In this document: one piece after another, positions 9,363-18,413 of the stretch | Position numbering within the stretch: the stretch's first letter is position 1 | Layout of the letters: every line of letters begins with the position of its first letter | The notes under the pieces: generated by a model | The model's database searches: none | What the model saw: the letters and a program-made list of their open reading frames with translations, nothing else | Told to the model about the DNA's origin: nothing | NCBI GenBank assembly: GCA_014190035.1 | Contig: BJFU01000004.1 | Coordinates: 1-50,152, forward strand | Source of the DNA: Actinomycetes bacterium | Lineage (GTDB): Bacteria; Actinomycetota; Actinomycetes; S36-B12; UBA5976 | Length of the DNA stretch: 50,152 nt | Reading direction: 5' to 3' | Made by a program: the position numbers and the translations under genes

Positions 9363-9390
9363 AAAAAAACCCTGACAAATACGTCAGGGG
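9363..9390 (-). terminator. Intrinsic terminator in the riboswitch expression platform
   Basis: Minus strand CCCTGAC-GTATTT-GTCAGGG followed by T7, located between aptamer and start codon. Confidence 0.85.
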
Positions 9391-9459
9391 ACGAAAGTTA
9401 CCTTAAAAATCGTAACCCCGCCCCGCTTTCCACGACGGTGCGAAATATTTGACTAAACC

Positions 9460-9597
9460 ACTTCAGGTAACCCGACTTATCGCTTTTACTTATATGGCCA
9501 CAAATTTTCACTTGTGAGCGATCCACGGTTGCGGGACAGCGTCAGCTTCCGACTGACTTCCCCTGATCAAGCATTGGGTTTTTGTCCTTGCTTGAAA
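9460..9597 (-). ncRNA. Cobalamin (B12) riboswitch
   Basis: Minus strand CAGGGGAA-GTCAG-TCGGAAG-CTGAC-GCTGTCCCGCAACCGTG ... AAGTCGGGTTACCTG matches the B12-element core and B12 box; 5' TCAAGCA/TGCTTGA stem. Confidence 0.9.
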
Positions 9598-9598
9598 C

Positions 9599-9626
9599 AC
9601 ACTATTTAAATTTTTAGTTTTTACAA
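9599..9626 (-). promoter_or_regulatory. Candidate housekeeping promoter of the riboswitch leader
   Basis: TTGTAA-16 nt-TAGTGT directly before the aptamer. Confidence 0.45.
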
Positions 9627-9690
9627 GTGAATCGACTTAAAACACGCAACTGTTTCATATGATGAAGCAAGCCCCTTAAAGAAAAGAAAC

Positions 9691-10218
9691 ATGACCACAC
9701 CAAAGCATCTTGAGTATGCACATTCAAGAATTTCTAATGTTCCAGATTTTCCAAAACCTGGAATTCTTTTCAAAGACATAACTCCAGTTTTGCAAGATCC
9801 AAGGGCATTTAATGATGCTGTTGAAGATCTGGCATCTCATTTAAATGGGGCCAATATTGTGGCTGGTATTGAATCAAGAGGATTTATCTTTGCAGCAGCA
9901 ATTGCTGCAAAAAATAATTTAGGTTTAGTTTTATTAAGAAAACCAGGCAAACTTCCCCGCGAAACTCACGTTGTCCAATATCAACTTGAATACGGTTTTG
10001 ATTCTCTTGAAATGCATCAAGATGCCCTCGATAAAAATGATTCAGTTTTATTAATTGATGATGTTTTAGCAACAGGTGGAACACTTTTAGCAGGATCTGA
10101 ATTAATTGCTAAAACTGGTGCCAAATTAACAAATTGTGCTGTGTTTATTGAGATTTCAGCATTAAATGGCCGCAATCGCCTATCTTCAATACCCGTTCAT
10201 TCCAGCATCATCGTCTAA
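9691..10218 (+). CDS. apt: Adenine phosphoribosyltransferase
   Basis: PDFPKPGILFKDITP, IESRGF, LIDDVLATGGT. Confidence 0.96.
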   Translation: MTTPKHLEYAHSRISNVPDFPKPGILFKDITPVLQDPRAFNDAVEDLASHLNGANIVAGIESRGFIFAAAIAAKNNLGLVLLRKPGKLPRETHVVQYQLEYGFDSLEMHQDALDKNDSVLLIDDVLATGGTLLAGSELIAKTGAKLTNCAVFIEISALNGRNRLSSIPVHSSIIV

Positions 10219-10251
10219 ATTCATTACTAATTCAATAAAAGGAGTTAGTAA

Positions 10252-10905
10252 ATGATAAACGCACCTGCCCGTTTAATGGCGGAATTTGTAGGAACCTTTG
10301 CACTGGTATTACTTGGTGCAGGATCAATTTTGAGTGGTGCTGATATCACCGGTATTGCACTTGCTCACGGTATTGCCATCTTTGTTTCTGTATCAGCTTT
10401 TGCTCACATTTCAGGTGGAGCATTTAATCCAGCTGTGACAATTGCGCTTTGGGCAACTAAAAGAATGAAATCTCTAGATGCACTTGCCTACATTGTTACC
10501 CAATTACTTGGTGGATTATTAGCAGCTTTTCTTTTGAAACTTGCTTATGGTTCATTTGCTCAAAACGTTGGTGTTCCATCACTTGCTCAACCAATCAAAC
10601 CACTTTATGGTTTGTTAATTGAAGCAGTTGCCACATTTCTTTTGATGATGGTAATCATGGGAGTAGCAATTGATTCTCGTGGCACATTCTCAGCTGTTGC
10701 AGGACTTCCAATCGGTTTAATCATCACTGCCGACATCTTGTTCTCAGGTCCATTAACTGGTGGAGCAATGAACCCAGCTCGTTGGTTTGGTCCAGCAATT
10801 GCCTCAGGACAATTAGCAAACTTCTGGATTTGGATTCTTGGTCCAATTCTTGGAGCCCTTGCTGCAGTATTTCTTTACGATGCTCTAGTTAAACCAAAGA
10901 AGTAA
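10252..10905 (+). CDS. MIP-family aquaporin
   Basis: AEFVGTF, SGGAFNPAVT and second NPAR motif. Confidence 0.93.
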   Translation: MINAPARLMAEFVGTFALVLLGAGSILSGADITGIALAHGIAIFVSVSAFAHISGGAFNPAVTIALWATKRMKSLDALAYIVTQLLGGLLAAFLLKLAYGSFAQNVGVPSLAQPIKPLYGLLIEAVATFLLMMVIMGVAIDSRGTFSAVAGLPIGLIITADILFSGPLTGGAMNPARWFGPAIASGQLANFWIWILGPILGALAAVFLYDALVKPKK

Positions 10906-10923
10906 CTAGTACATAATTAGTTC

Positions 10924-11682
10924 ATGATCAATTGGCCAGCCGATACTTTGACGCTGGCCATTGACATTGGTGGTTCAGGAATTAAAGCCAGCGTCATAAA
11001 TAAAGATGGCGAAATGGTTTGTGAACGAATTCGTATGGAAACTCCTTATCCATCTCATCCAGCAGGTTTCTCTCAAGTAGTGGCAGATTTTGTGAAAGAT
11101 TTACCCAAAGCACAACGTGCCAGTGTGGGTTTTCCTGGTTTAGTTCGAAATGGAATTGTGGTTATGGTTCCTTCCCTTTCTCGATTAGTTAAAGATGGGC
11201 CAAAAGATCCAGAATTAGTTAAAGCGTGGAAAAACTTTGATTTACAAACTCCTATGACAAATGCTCTAGGAATTCCCACCAAGGTTGCAAATGATGCAGA
11301 CATTCAAGGAGCAGCTGTAATTAAAGGTGAAGGCCTGGAATTTGTAATGACACTAGGAACTGGTGTTGGTACAGCTTTATTTCAAAATGGAATATTGCTT
11401 CCCCACTTAGAACTAGGGCATGCTCCTTTTAGACAAAGTGAAGAATTTGAAGAACAAATTGGCAATGCTGCGCGGGAACGAATTGGTGTTGAAAGATGGA
11501 CTAAGAGAGTAATAAAAGCTATTGCTAAATATGATCAATTTCTTTATTACGATCATTGTTATGTTGGTGGCGGAAATGCTAAACACATTAAAGGTTTAGA
11601 TCTAGGACCAAAAGTAACCAGGGTTAGCAATAAAGCAGGTCTTTTTGGTGGAGCAAGAATTTGGGACTTAGAAGCTAGTTAA
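10924..11682 (+). CDS. ppgK: ROK-family polyphosphate glucokinase-like kinase
   Basis: DIGGSGIK, NDAD, TLGTGVG, LELGH, GGGN. Confidence 0.75.
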   Translation: MINWPADTLTLAIDIGGSGIKASVINKDGEMVCERIRMETPYPSHPAGFSQVVADFVKDLPKAQRASVGFPGLVRNGIVVMVPSLSRLVKDGPKDPELVKAWKNFDLQTPMTNALGIPTKVANDADIQGAAVIKGEGLEFVMTLGTGVGTALFQNGILLPHLELGHAPFRQSEEFEEQIGNAARERIGVERWTKRVIKAIAKYDQFLYYDHCYVGGGNAKHIKGLDLGPKVTRVSNKAGLFGGARIWDLEAS

Positions 11683-11684
11683 AA

Positions 11685-12518
11685 CTAGTCTTCGTCGCCT
11701 TCGTTTTCTTCTTCTTCATTTTGAGAATTGTTGTTTGCAATGGCTTGTGGAGTGGGAAGAGTATCAATAGTTGTCCCCAATGCTCCAATGATGAAACCTT
11801 CTAAAGTTCTATTTGGTTTAGCTGATTGGCCATGTTGATTTGAAAATGCTGAGGTTGCATCAGTTCCACATAATTTAGTTATATTTACAGATCCACCAGG
11901 ATGTGCTGCAATGTAGGCAGTCAAGTTATAAACATTATTAGAAACTACAGCCCAACAGTTTTCTGGAGTATTTTTCTGAGCAACTGTTTGCATGGAAAGT
12001 TCAATGGGGCCGGTTGATTCTGATGGGGCTGAGCTCGTTGTTTCACCAGCAATAGTTTCTACCGAAACAGGATTAAGTCTTTTTTCCCATGTGGCCTTTG
12101 CTCCAGAGTGGCCTGCTAAGTAGGAAATCACTAATGCGGCAACTGCCAAGATGATGGCGATATAGCCAACAATCACATTAAATTTATTTTTTTTCTTCAA
12201 CATAAAATACCAAATTAAGGAAGCTATAAAAAGCAATCCTGCAATAATTACAACTTTTTCGCCCCACTCTATGTGCTGAGCTGGGCTGCCAACTCTAACG
12301 CTGAGGGCTTCGCCTGATTGTTTAGCAATAAAAGCACTTACGAGCGAAACTGCTAAACCAATCAAAGTCAAGACGAAATAATGCTTTCTAAACTTTGGGA
12401 AGAAAAAAAGTAAACTCAACGCTATTGCTGAAATCGGAAGAACAACTACGACAACATGAGTAATTAAAGTATGAAGAGGTAAGCCAAGGAATAGATCAAA
12501 AATTCCATTTGAATTCAT
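11685..12518 (-). CDS. DUF2231-like 4-TM domain fused to a cytochrome b5-like heme domain
   Basis: GLPLH..ITH and GHSGAKATW in the membrane part; CWAVV..VYNLT.YIAAHPGG...GTDAT.AF..QH in the C-terminal part. Confidence 0.8.
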   Translation of the reverse strand: MNSNGIFDLFLGLPLHTLITHVVVVVLPISAIALSLLFFFPKFRKHYFVLTLIGLAVSLVSAFIAKQSGEALSVRVGSPAQHIEWGEKVVIIAGLLFIASLIWYFMLKKKNKFNVIVGYIAIILAVAALVISYLAGHSGAKATWEKRLNPVSVETIAGETTSSAPSESTGPIELSMQTVAQKNTPENCWAVVSNNVYNLTAYIAAHPGGSVNITKLCGTDATSAFSNQHGQSAKPNRTLEGFIIGALGTTIDTLPTPQAIANNNSQNEEEENEGDED

Positions 12519-13213
12519 ATAATCATATAATCATGTTGAAAAGTTTTCCAACTAACCCGGTGATATTTTGTGGCCCCAAAACTCTTTATTGCCTCTAAAT
12601 GTTCAGGTGCTGCATAACCTTTATTGTCTGCCCAAAAATAATTTGGAAATTCTTTACTTAATTCAGTCATCATTTGATCTCTAGTAGTTTTTGCCACAAT
12701 TGATGCTGCAGCAACTGAGGCACAAGTCATGTCTGCCTTTATTTGAGTAATTATCTCTAAATCAGCAGATAAAGGTCCATCGTCAAACTCTTCTTCAAAC
12801 ATGTTTTGGGTTTCTTTTTCAGGCATTAACCAGTTGTGTTTACCATCCAGTATTAAATGATCTGGTTTAGTTGTTAAACCCGCTAAAGCACGCCTTCCAG
12901 CACGTCTTAAGGCCCTTGTTAGCCCTATTTCATCTATCTCTTGATTTGTAGCGTGACCTACAAATGAATCAATCACCCAAGATTTAACAAGGGGCAATAG
13001 TTCTTCTCTTTGTTCATGAGTTAAAAGTTTTGAATCAGCTAAATTTTCTGGTGGATTAACACAATCAATATTTATTACAGCCACACCCACACTTACTGGT
13101 CCTGCTAAACAACCTCGTCCAACTTCATCCATGCCAGCAACTAATTTGGCACCACGAGAAAAGAGATTATTTTCGAAATCGAGTGTAGGTCGATTCTTTT
13201 TAGCTCTTGGCAT
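12515..13213 (-). CDS. rnhB: Ribonuclease HII
   Basis: GMDEVGRGCLAGP, DSKLL, VAAASIVAK, NKGY; follows lepB. Confidence 0.95.
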   Translation of the reverse strand: MPRAKKNRPTLDFENNLFSRGAKLVAGMDEVGRGCLAGPVSVGVAVINIDCVNPPENLADSKLLTHEQREELLPLVKSWVIDSFVGHATNQEIDEIGLTRALRRAGRRALAGLTTKPDHLILDGKHNWLMPEKETQNMFEEEFDDGPLSADLEIITQIKADMTCASVAAASIVAKTTRDQMMTELSKEFPNYFWADNKGYAAPEHLEAIKSFGATKYHRVSWKTFQHDYMII

Positions 13214-13859
13214 CAGGAATTGCTTTAAACGCATCGGGAATACCTAAAGTTGCAAATCTGTTAAAAGGCCAAATTCTTAATTGCACAGGTCCAACCACAT
13301 TTTTAACTGGAACTGTTCCATAAGCCGTTTCTAAATGAAATCTGGAATCTCTGCTATCTGGTCTATTATCACCCATCACAAAGATCCTGTTTTTTGGAAC
13401 TGTTATTTCAAATTTAACTTGATTAGTTTCAACCCCGGGCTTAATAAATTCATCATCAATTAGTTCTTGTCCATTAATAATAATTTTGCCATTTTCAGAA
13501 CAACACTTAACAGTGTCTCCTTGAATTCCAATGACTCTTTTGACTAAATCATCTCCTGCATCAGATGGAAGTAATCCCACCACACTTAGAAGGTGCAGAA
13601 ATGTGTTTCGATCTGTTTCAAATTCTGGTAACCAATCACCTGGATCTTTAAAGACCACAATTTGACCACGTTGAATATCAGTAAATGGTTTAGTAATTTT
13701 AGTAGCAATTATTCGATCTTCTAATAAAAGAGTGTCTTCCATGGAAGCACTGGGAACATAAAAAGCTTGAAAAATAAATGCGCGCACAATGGATGAAAGA
13801 ATTAATGCAATTCCAACAACGATCAGCAGTTCACGAACTGCTGCCCAAAGGGCGCGCAA
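13200..13859 (-). CDS. lepB: Signal peptidase I
   Basis: PSASMEDTL, VKRVIG, MGDNR.DSRDSR. Confidence 0.95.
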   Translation of the reverse strand: MRALWAAVRELLIVVGIALILSSIVRAFIFQAFYVPSASMEDTLLLEDRIIATKITKPFTDIQRGQIVVFKDPGDWLPEFETDRNTFLHLLSVVGLLPSDAGDDLVKRVIGIQGDTVKCCSENGKIIINGQELIDDEFIKPGVETNQVKFEITVPKNRIFVMGDNRPDSRDSRFHLETAYGTVPVKNVVGPVQLRIWPFNRFATLGIPDAFKAIPDAKS

Positions 13860-13864
13860 TTTAA

Positions 13865-14416
13865 TTATTTGTCAGTATCAGCAGGTGCATCAGTAGCTGG
13901 TGTTCCAGCAACTTCGGCAACTGGTTCTGCGGCAGGAGTTTCAGCAGCAACTTCCTCTTTTGCTACAGGTGCTTCTGCTTTAACTTCTTCAATAACTTCA
14001 TCGTTTTTAACTTCAACTGTTTCATCAATTGCTAATTCAACATCTTCATCAGCAACAACTGCTGCAGCTAAATCGCCACGAAGTTCTTTAATCTTGGAAG
14101 CTTTACCACGAAGATCGCGTAGGAAGTACAACTTGCCACGACGAACATCACCACGTGAAACAACTTCAATTTTTTCAATAGTTGGAGTGTGAATTGGGAA
14201 AGTTCTTTCTACACCTGTTCCAAAAGATACTTTTCGAACAGTGAACGCTTCTGAAATTCCTGCACCTTGTTTTCTAATAACAACGCCTTGGAATAACTGA
14301 ATACGGGAACGAGTACCTTCAATAACTTTCACATGTACTTTGACTGTGTCACCAGTTCTAAAAGAAGGGACACCTTTTTTAAGACTTGCTTTGTTTAATG
14401 CATCTAAACGATTCAT
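13865..14416 (-). CDS. rplS: 50S ribosomal protein L19 with acidic C-terminal extension
   Basis: [40 protein letters not shown]. Confidence 0.97.
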   Translation of the reverse strand: MNRLDALNKASLKKGVPSFRTGDTVKVHVKVIEGTRSRIQLFQGVVIRKQGAGISEAFTVRKVSFGTGVERTFPIHTPTIEKIEVVSRGDVRRGKLYFLRDLRGKASKIKELRGDLAAAVVADEDVELAIDETVEVKNDEVIEEVKAEAPVAKEEVAAETPAAEPVAEVAGTPATDAPADTDK

Positions 14417-14570
14417 ATTTACTCTTCTGATCTGCAACGCTCACAGGTCGTTCAGTCTTTGTTCGGTTAAAGCCGGATTCTTAACTACTTATATAGCTCT
14501 TATATTCCCCTGTGGCGAAATATTGAACTCATCTAAATCCGTGAAGCACCTATTCTGCCAAGACCTTTCT

Positions 14571-15278
14571 TCAAGCCTGAAGGTCGGGTCGAAACTTCCT
14601 CGTACGCTTTATGGCCTCGTCTTTTCGCCATTGGGCAATCTTGGCGTGATCCCCACTAATGAGCACTTCAGGTACGTTTAGGCCCTGCCATGAGGCAGGA
14701 CGGGTGTAAATAGGGCCTTCTAAGAGGTTTTGCATCGCACCTGGGGCAAATGAGTCATCTGTTACTGAGTCTTCATTTCCTAAAACTCCATTGATCAATC
14801 TTGATGTTGCTTCCAAAATTACTAAGGAAGCTACTTCACCACCTGCGAGCACGTAATCACCAATACTTATTTCTAATACTTCACTAAATTCTCCACTTTG
14901 TTGATAATGCTCAACCACTCGTGAATCAATTCCTTCATAGCGACCGTTGATAAATACCAGATGTTCAAATGAAGCTAATTTGATTGCCATTTCTTGATTA
15001 AAAACTTTTCCTGAAGGAGTTGGCACAACCAATACTGGTTTAGTTTTTGCTTGTCTTAAGACTGAATCAATGGCATCTCCCCACACCACAGGTGACATAA
15101 CCATTCCTGGTCCTCCGCCATAGGGGGCATCATCAACGGTTTTATGTTTATCAAGAGTGAAAGCTCTTAAATCATGAATTTCTACTTCAACTAAGCCTGC
15201 TTCTTGAGCTTTGCCAAATAAAGATAATTTTAAAGGGGCAAAATAGTCAGGAAAAATTGTTATCAGATCAACGCGCAT
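14571..15278 (-). CDS. trmD: tRNA (guanine37-N1)-methyltransferase
   Basis: VDDAPYGGGPGM, GRYEGID, SIGDYVLAGGE. Confidence 0.97.
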   Translation of the reverse strand: MRVDLITIFPDYFAPLKLSLFGKAQEAGLVEVEIHDLRAFTLDKHKTVDDAPYGGGPGMVMSPVVWGDAIDSVLRQAKTKPVLVVPTPSGKVFNQEMAIKLASFEHLVFINGRYEGIDSRVVEHYQQSGEFSEVLEISIGDYVLAGGEVASLVILEATSRLINGVLGNEDSVTDDSFAPGAMQNLLEGPIYTRPASWQGLNVPEVLISGDHAKIAQWRKDEAIKRTRKFRPDLQA

Positions 15279-15795
15279 CTTCAGCATTTTCTTCATCAAA
15301 TAAGCCACTTGGTGGATTCATCACAACTCGTTTGTTCTTGATATCAACTTCTGGAACTAGTTGATTGACAAAGGGAACCATTACTTCTTTATTATCAACA
15401 GTTTTAACCACAATTAAAGATTGAGCAGATCCGGGTAATACTTCTTTGACTACCCCAAGTTTTTCATTATTTGTATTAAAGACTTCTAAATCAATTAGTT
15501 GGAATTCATAAAATTCGTTATTTCCTAATGTTGCTTCTGCTGGATCTACTTCAACCACTAATAGTTTTCCTCGAACTTGATCAACTTGTGTGCGGTCTTG
15601 AATTTCTTCAAATTTTATTAATAATCTTGATAAATGCCACCTTGTAGAGGCAACTGTAAGTTTTTGATTATTTTCTTTGACTGTGATTTTCGCACCGATG
15701 GCAAATCTATTTTCCGGATCATCGGTGCGAACTTCAACACTTATTTCGCCATGAACACCGTGCGGGCGGCCAAGTCGGCCAACAACAACGTCCAT
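15268..15795 (-). CDS. rimM: Ribosome maturation factor RimM
   Basis: VGRLGRPHGVHGE, PRC barrel, synteny. Confidence 0.95.
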   Translation of the reverse strand: MDVVVGRLGRPHGVHGEISVEVRTDDPENRFAIGAKITVKENNQKLTVASTRWHLSRLLIKFEEIQDRTQVDQVRGKLLVVEVDPAEATLGNNEFYEFQLIDLEVFNTNNEKLGVVKEVLPGSAQSLIVVKTVDNKEVMVPFVNQLVPEVDIKNKRVVMNPPSGLFDEENAEDAR

Positions 15796-15809
15796 ATTGG
15801 TTGCGCTTT

Positions 15810-16049
15810 TTATTGCGCGTCTACGTCCACGAAATCAATTCGAGTACTGCGGCCACCTTGTAATGCATTAACCACAGTTCTAATGGAAGTTGCAGTGCGA
15901 CCATTTCGACCAATTACTCGGCCCAAATCTTCGCCATTAACTGTAACTTCTAAAGTACGACCACGCTTTGTTGTCTTTTGTTCAACTTCAACATCAGATG
16001 GGTGATCAACAATTCCTTTTACCAAATGTTCTAGAGCGTCTTCAATCAT
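15810..16049 (-). CDS. khpA: KH-domain RNA-binding protein KhpA
   Basis: [13 protein letters not shown]; between rpsP and rimM. Confidence 0.92.
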   Translation of the reverse strand: MIEDALEHLVKGIVDHPSDVEVEQKTTKRGRTLEVTVNGEDLGRVIGRNGRTATSIRTVVNALQGGRSTRIDFVDVDAQ

Positions 16050-16609
16050 TCTGATTTAGCCTCTTCTGCAACTGGTGCTTCTGCTGGAGTTTCTTCTGCT
16101 GGAGTTTCAACAACTTCGGCAACTGGTTCTTCAGCTTTAACTTCTTCAGCTACTGGTGCTGCTTCTTCTTTTACTTCAGCAACAGCTTCTTCTGCTTTTG
16201 GTTCTTCAACTTTGGCAGCAACAACTGGTTTTGGTCTTGGATTCTTTTCTTCTTCTTCTCTTTCAGCCAAGTTTTCTTTCAAAGCTTTTTCGTATTTTGC
16301 AGCATGATCTGCTTTTGGTGGAGCAACTCTAACTTTGCTGGTGGTGTCTTTTTCACCTTTAAATTTTTGCCAGTCACCTGTTAGTTTTAGTAGTGCTACA
16401 ACTGGTTCAGTAGCTTGTGCACCTACTCCTAACCAATAAGCAACACGATCTGCATCAATTCTGATAATTGATGGATCTTCTTTTGGTTGGTAAATTCCAA
16501 TTTCTTCAATGGCACGACCATTGCGTGCGGTACGAGAATCAGCCACAACAACGCGATACATCGGTTGGTGGATCTTGCCTAAACGCTTTAACTTGATTTT
16601 TACGGCCAC
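16046..16609 (-). CDS. rpsP: 30S ribosomal protein S16 with acidic C-terminal extension
   Basis: [29 protein letters not shown]; GTG start at 16609. Confidence 0.97.
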   Translation of the reverse strand: MAVKIKLKRLGKIHQPMYRVVVADSRTARNGRAIEEIGIYQPKEDPSIIRIDADRVAYWLGVGAQATEPVVALLKLTGDWQKFKGEKDTTSKVRVAPPKADHAAKYEKALKENLAEREEEEKNPRPKPVVAAKVEEPKAEEAVAEVKEEAAPVAEEVKAEEPVAEVVETPAEETPAEAPVAEEAKSE

Positions 16610-16699
16610 GAATTTATTCTTTTCTGCTTGGGAGGTGTTTAACCTTGGAAGACCAATAATGGCAGAAACTAATCTCAGACACCCCAAATACCCCTACCT

Positions 16700-16725
16700 T
16701 ATAGAATATATATGTTCTATATACT
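16700..16725 (+). promoter_or_regulatory. Palindromic operator and leaderless -10 box of the XRE gene
   Basis: TATAGAATATA/TATGTTCTATA near-perfect 22-bp palindrome (16700-16721); TATACT at 16720-16725, 6 nt before ATG. Confidence 0.6.
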
Positions 16726-16731
16726 GGGAAA

Positions 16732-16947
16732 ATGGACTTAGATTTAGAGAATTTAAGACTTAGATTGCGTTTAACTCAGTCAGAATTAGCTGAAATCATG
16801 GAAATTTCGCAAAGAAGGGTCTCAGCCATAGAAAATGGCCCTGACATCCAATTGAGCACTTTAAGAAATTATGTGGAATCTCTTGGTGCAAATCTGGAAG
16901 TAAACGCGATCATGCGAGGCGAACGTATTGCAATTTTGTTGGATTAA
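16732..16947 (+). CDS. XRE-family HTH regulator (HigA-antitoxin-like), orphan
   Basis: LTQSELAEIMEISQRRVSAIENG..LSTLRNYVESLG. Confidence 0.85.
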   Translation: MDLDLENLRLRLRLTQSELAEIMEISQRRVSAIENGPDIQLSTLRNYVESLGANLEVNAIMRGERIAILLD

Positions 16948-18413
16948 CTTAAATTAAATCCAGAACCCATTTCATTTTCTTCCGGTAATTTTATTCCTTG
17001 TTCCTGCAATGCTCTTTTAGCTGGATTACCGCTTCGTTTAGCACCCTTACCGGGTTTTTGTTTTTGTTTTTGTTTTACAAATGTTTGTCCACCCATTCCA
17101 GGAATGCCACCTCCTGCTTGAGCTCTTTTCATCATCTTTTGGGCTTCCGAGAATCTATTGATTAAAGAATTAATATCCTTAACTTCGCAACCTGCTCCTT
17201 GAGCAATCTTTATCTTTCTTGCCGCATCAATACCTTTAGGGTTTTGTCTTTCTTCTGGTTTCATTGACTGAATGATTGCTTCAATTCTTGTTACTTCGCG
17301 ATCATCAAAGTTTTCTATTTGTTTCTTAGCTTGTTGCATGCCAGGAAGCATGCCTAGCATTTTTGACATTGAACCCATCTTCTTAATGGATTGCAATTGC
17401 TCTAGAAAATCATCCAGGGTAAAAGATTCACCACTGGCAAGTTTTGCTTCAAATCTATCTTTTTGTCCTTGATCAAATACTCGTTCAGCTTGTTCAATCA
17501 GAGTTAAAACATCACCCATATCCAGCAGGCGATTAGCTAAGCGGTCTGGATAGAAAATATCGAAATCATCTAGTTTTTCACCATTGGAAGCAAACATCAC
17601 AGGTTTGCCAGTTATTTCTCTTAAAGAAAGAGCAGCTCCTCCTCGAGCATCACCATCTAATTTGGTTAAAACAATTCCATCAAAACCAACTTTGTCTAAA
17701 AAGTTTTGTGCGGTGACAACAGAGTCTTGACCAATCATGGAATCAATTACAAGCAATGTTTCTTGTGGATTAACTGCTTTTCTAATGCTTTGGGCTTGTT
17801 TAGTTAATTCATCATCAATAGCCAGGCGACCTGCAGTGTCTATGATGACCATGTCGTGCAGATTCTTTTCTGCTACTTTCATTGCTTCTTTTGCAACTTT
17901 TACAGGATCTCCCACACCGTTACCTGGTTCTGGGGCAAATACTTGAACACCTGCTTGGGAGGCAACAATTTTTAATTGATCAACGGCATTTGGTCTTTGT
18001 AAATCTGCTGCGACTAATAAAGGAGTGTGGCCATCTCTTGCTAAGTACTTTGCTAGTTTTCCAGCCAAAGTAGTTTTTCCAGCACCTTGCAGACCCAACA
18101 ACATAATTACTGTTGGGGGATTTTTTGCAAAAGTTAATCTTCTTGCATCTCCACCCAAGATATTTACTAATTCTTGATGGACAATTTTGATGACTTGCTG
18201 AGCAGGATTTAAGGATTGAGAAACTTCAATTCCCAAAGCTTTTTCACGTATTTTTTCACTGAAACTATTTGCCACAGAAAGGGCAACGTCAGCATCAAGT
18301 AAGGCTGTTCTGATCTCTTTGACGGTGTCATTTATGTCTGATTCAGACAAACGACCCTTAGTTTTAAGAGCTTTAAAGGTGTTATTTAAGCGATCAGAGA
18401 GCTGTTGGAACAT
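16944..18413 (-). CDS. ffh: Signal recognition particle protein
   Basis: GLQGAGKTT, DTAGR, TKLDGDARGG, M domain. Confidence 0.97.
   Translation of the reverse strand: MFQQLSDRLNNTFKALKTKGRLSESDINDTVKEIRTALLDADVALSVANSFSEKIREKALGIEVSQSLNPAQQVIKIVHQELVNILGGDARRLTFAKNPPTVIMLLGLQGAGKTTLAGKLAKYLARDGHTPLLVAADLQRPNAVDQLKIVASQAGVQVFAPEPGNGVGDPVKVAKEAMKVAEKNLHDMVIIDTAGRLAIDDELTKQAQSIRKAVNPQETLLVIDSMIGQDSVVTAQNFLDKVGFDGIVLTKLDGDARGGAALSLREITGKPVMFASNGEKLDDFDIFYPDRLANRLLDMGDVLTLIEQAERVFDQGQKDRFEAKLASGESFTLDDFLEQLQSIKKMGSMSKMLGMLPGMQQAKKQIENFDDREVTRIEAIIQSMKPEERQNPKGIDAARKIKIAQGAGCEVKDINSLINRFSEAQKMMKRAQAGGGIPGMGGQTFVKQKQKQKPGKGAKRSGNPAKRALQEQGIKLPEENEMGSGFNLS

Noticed and set aside
16610-16699. Structured rpsP leader (TTTCTGC/GCAGAAA pairing)
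   Set aside because: A single 7-bp stem is too weak to call without comparative data.
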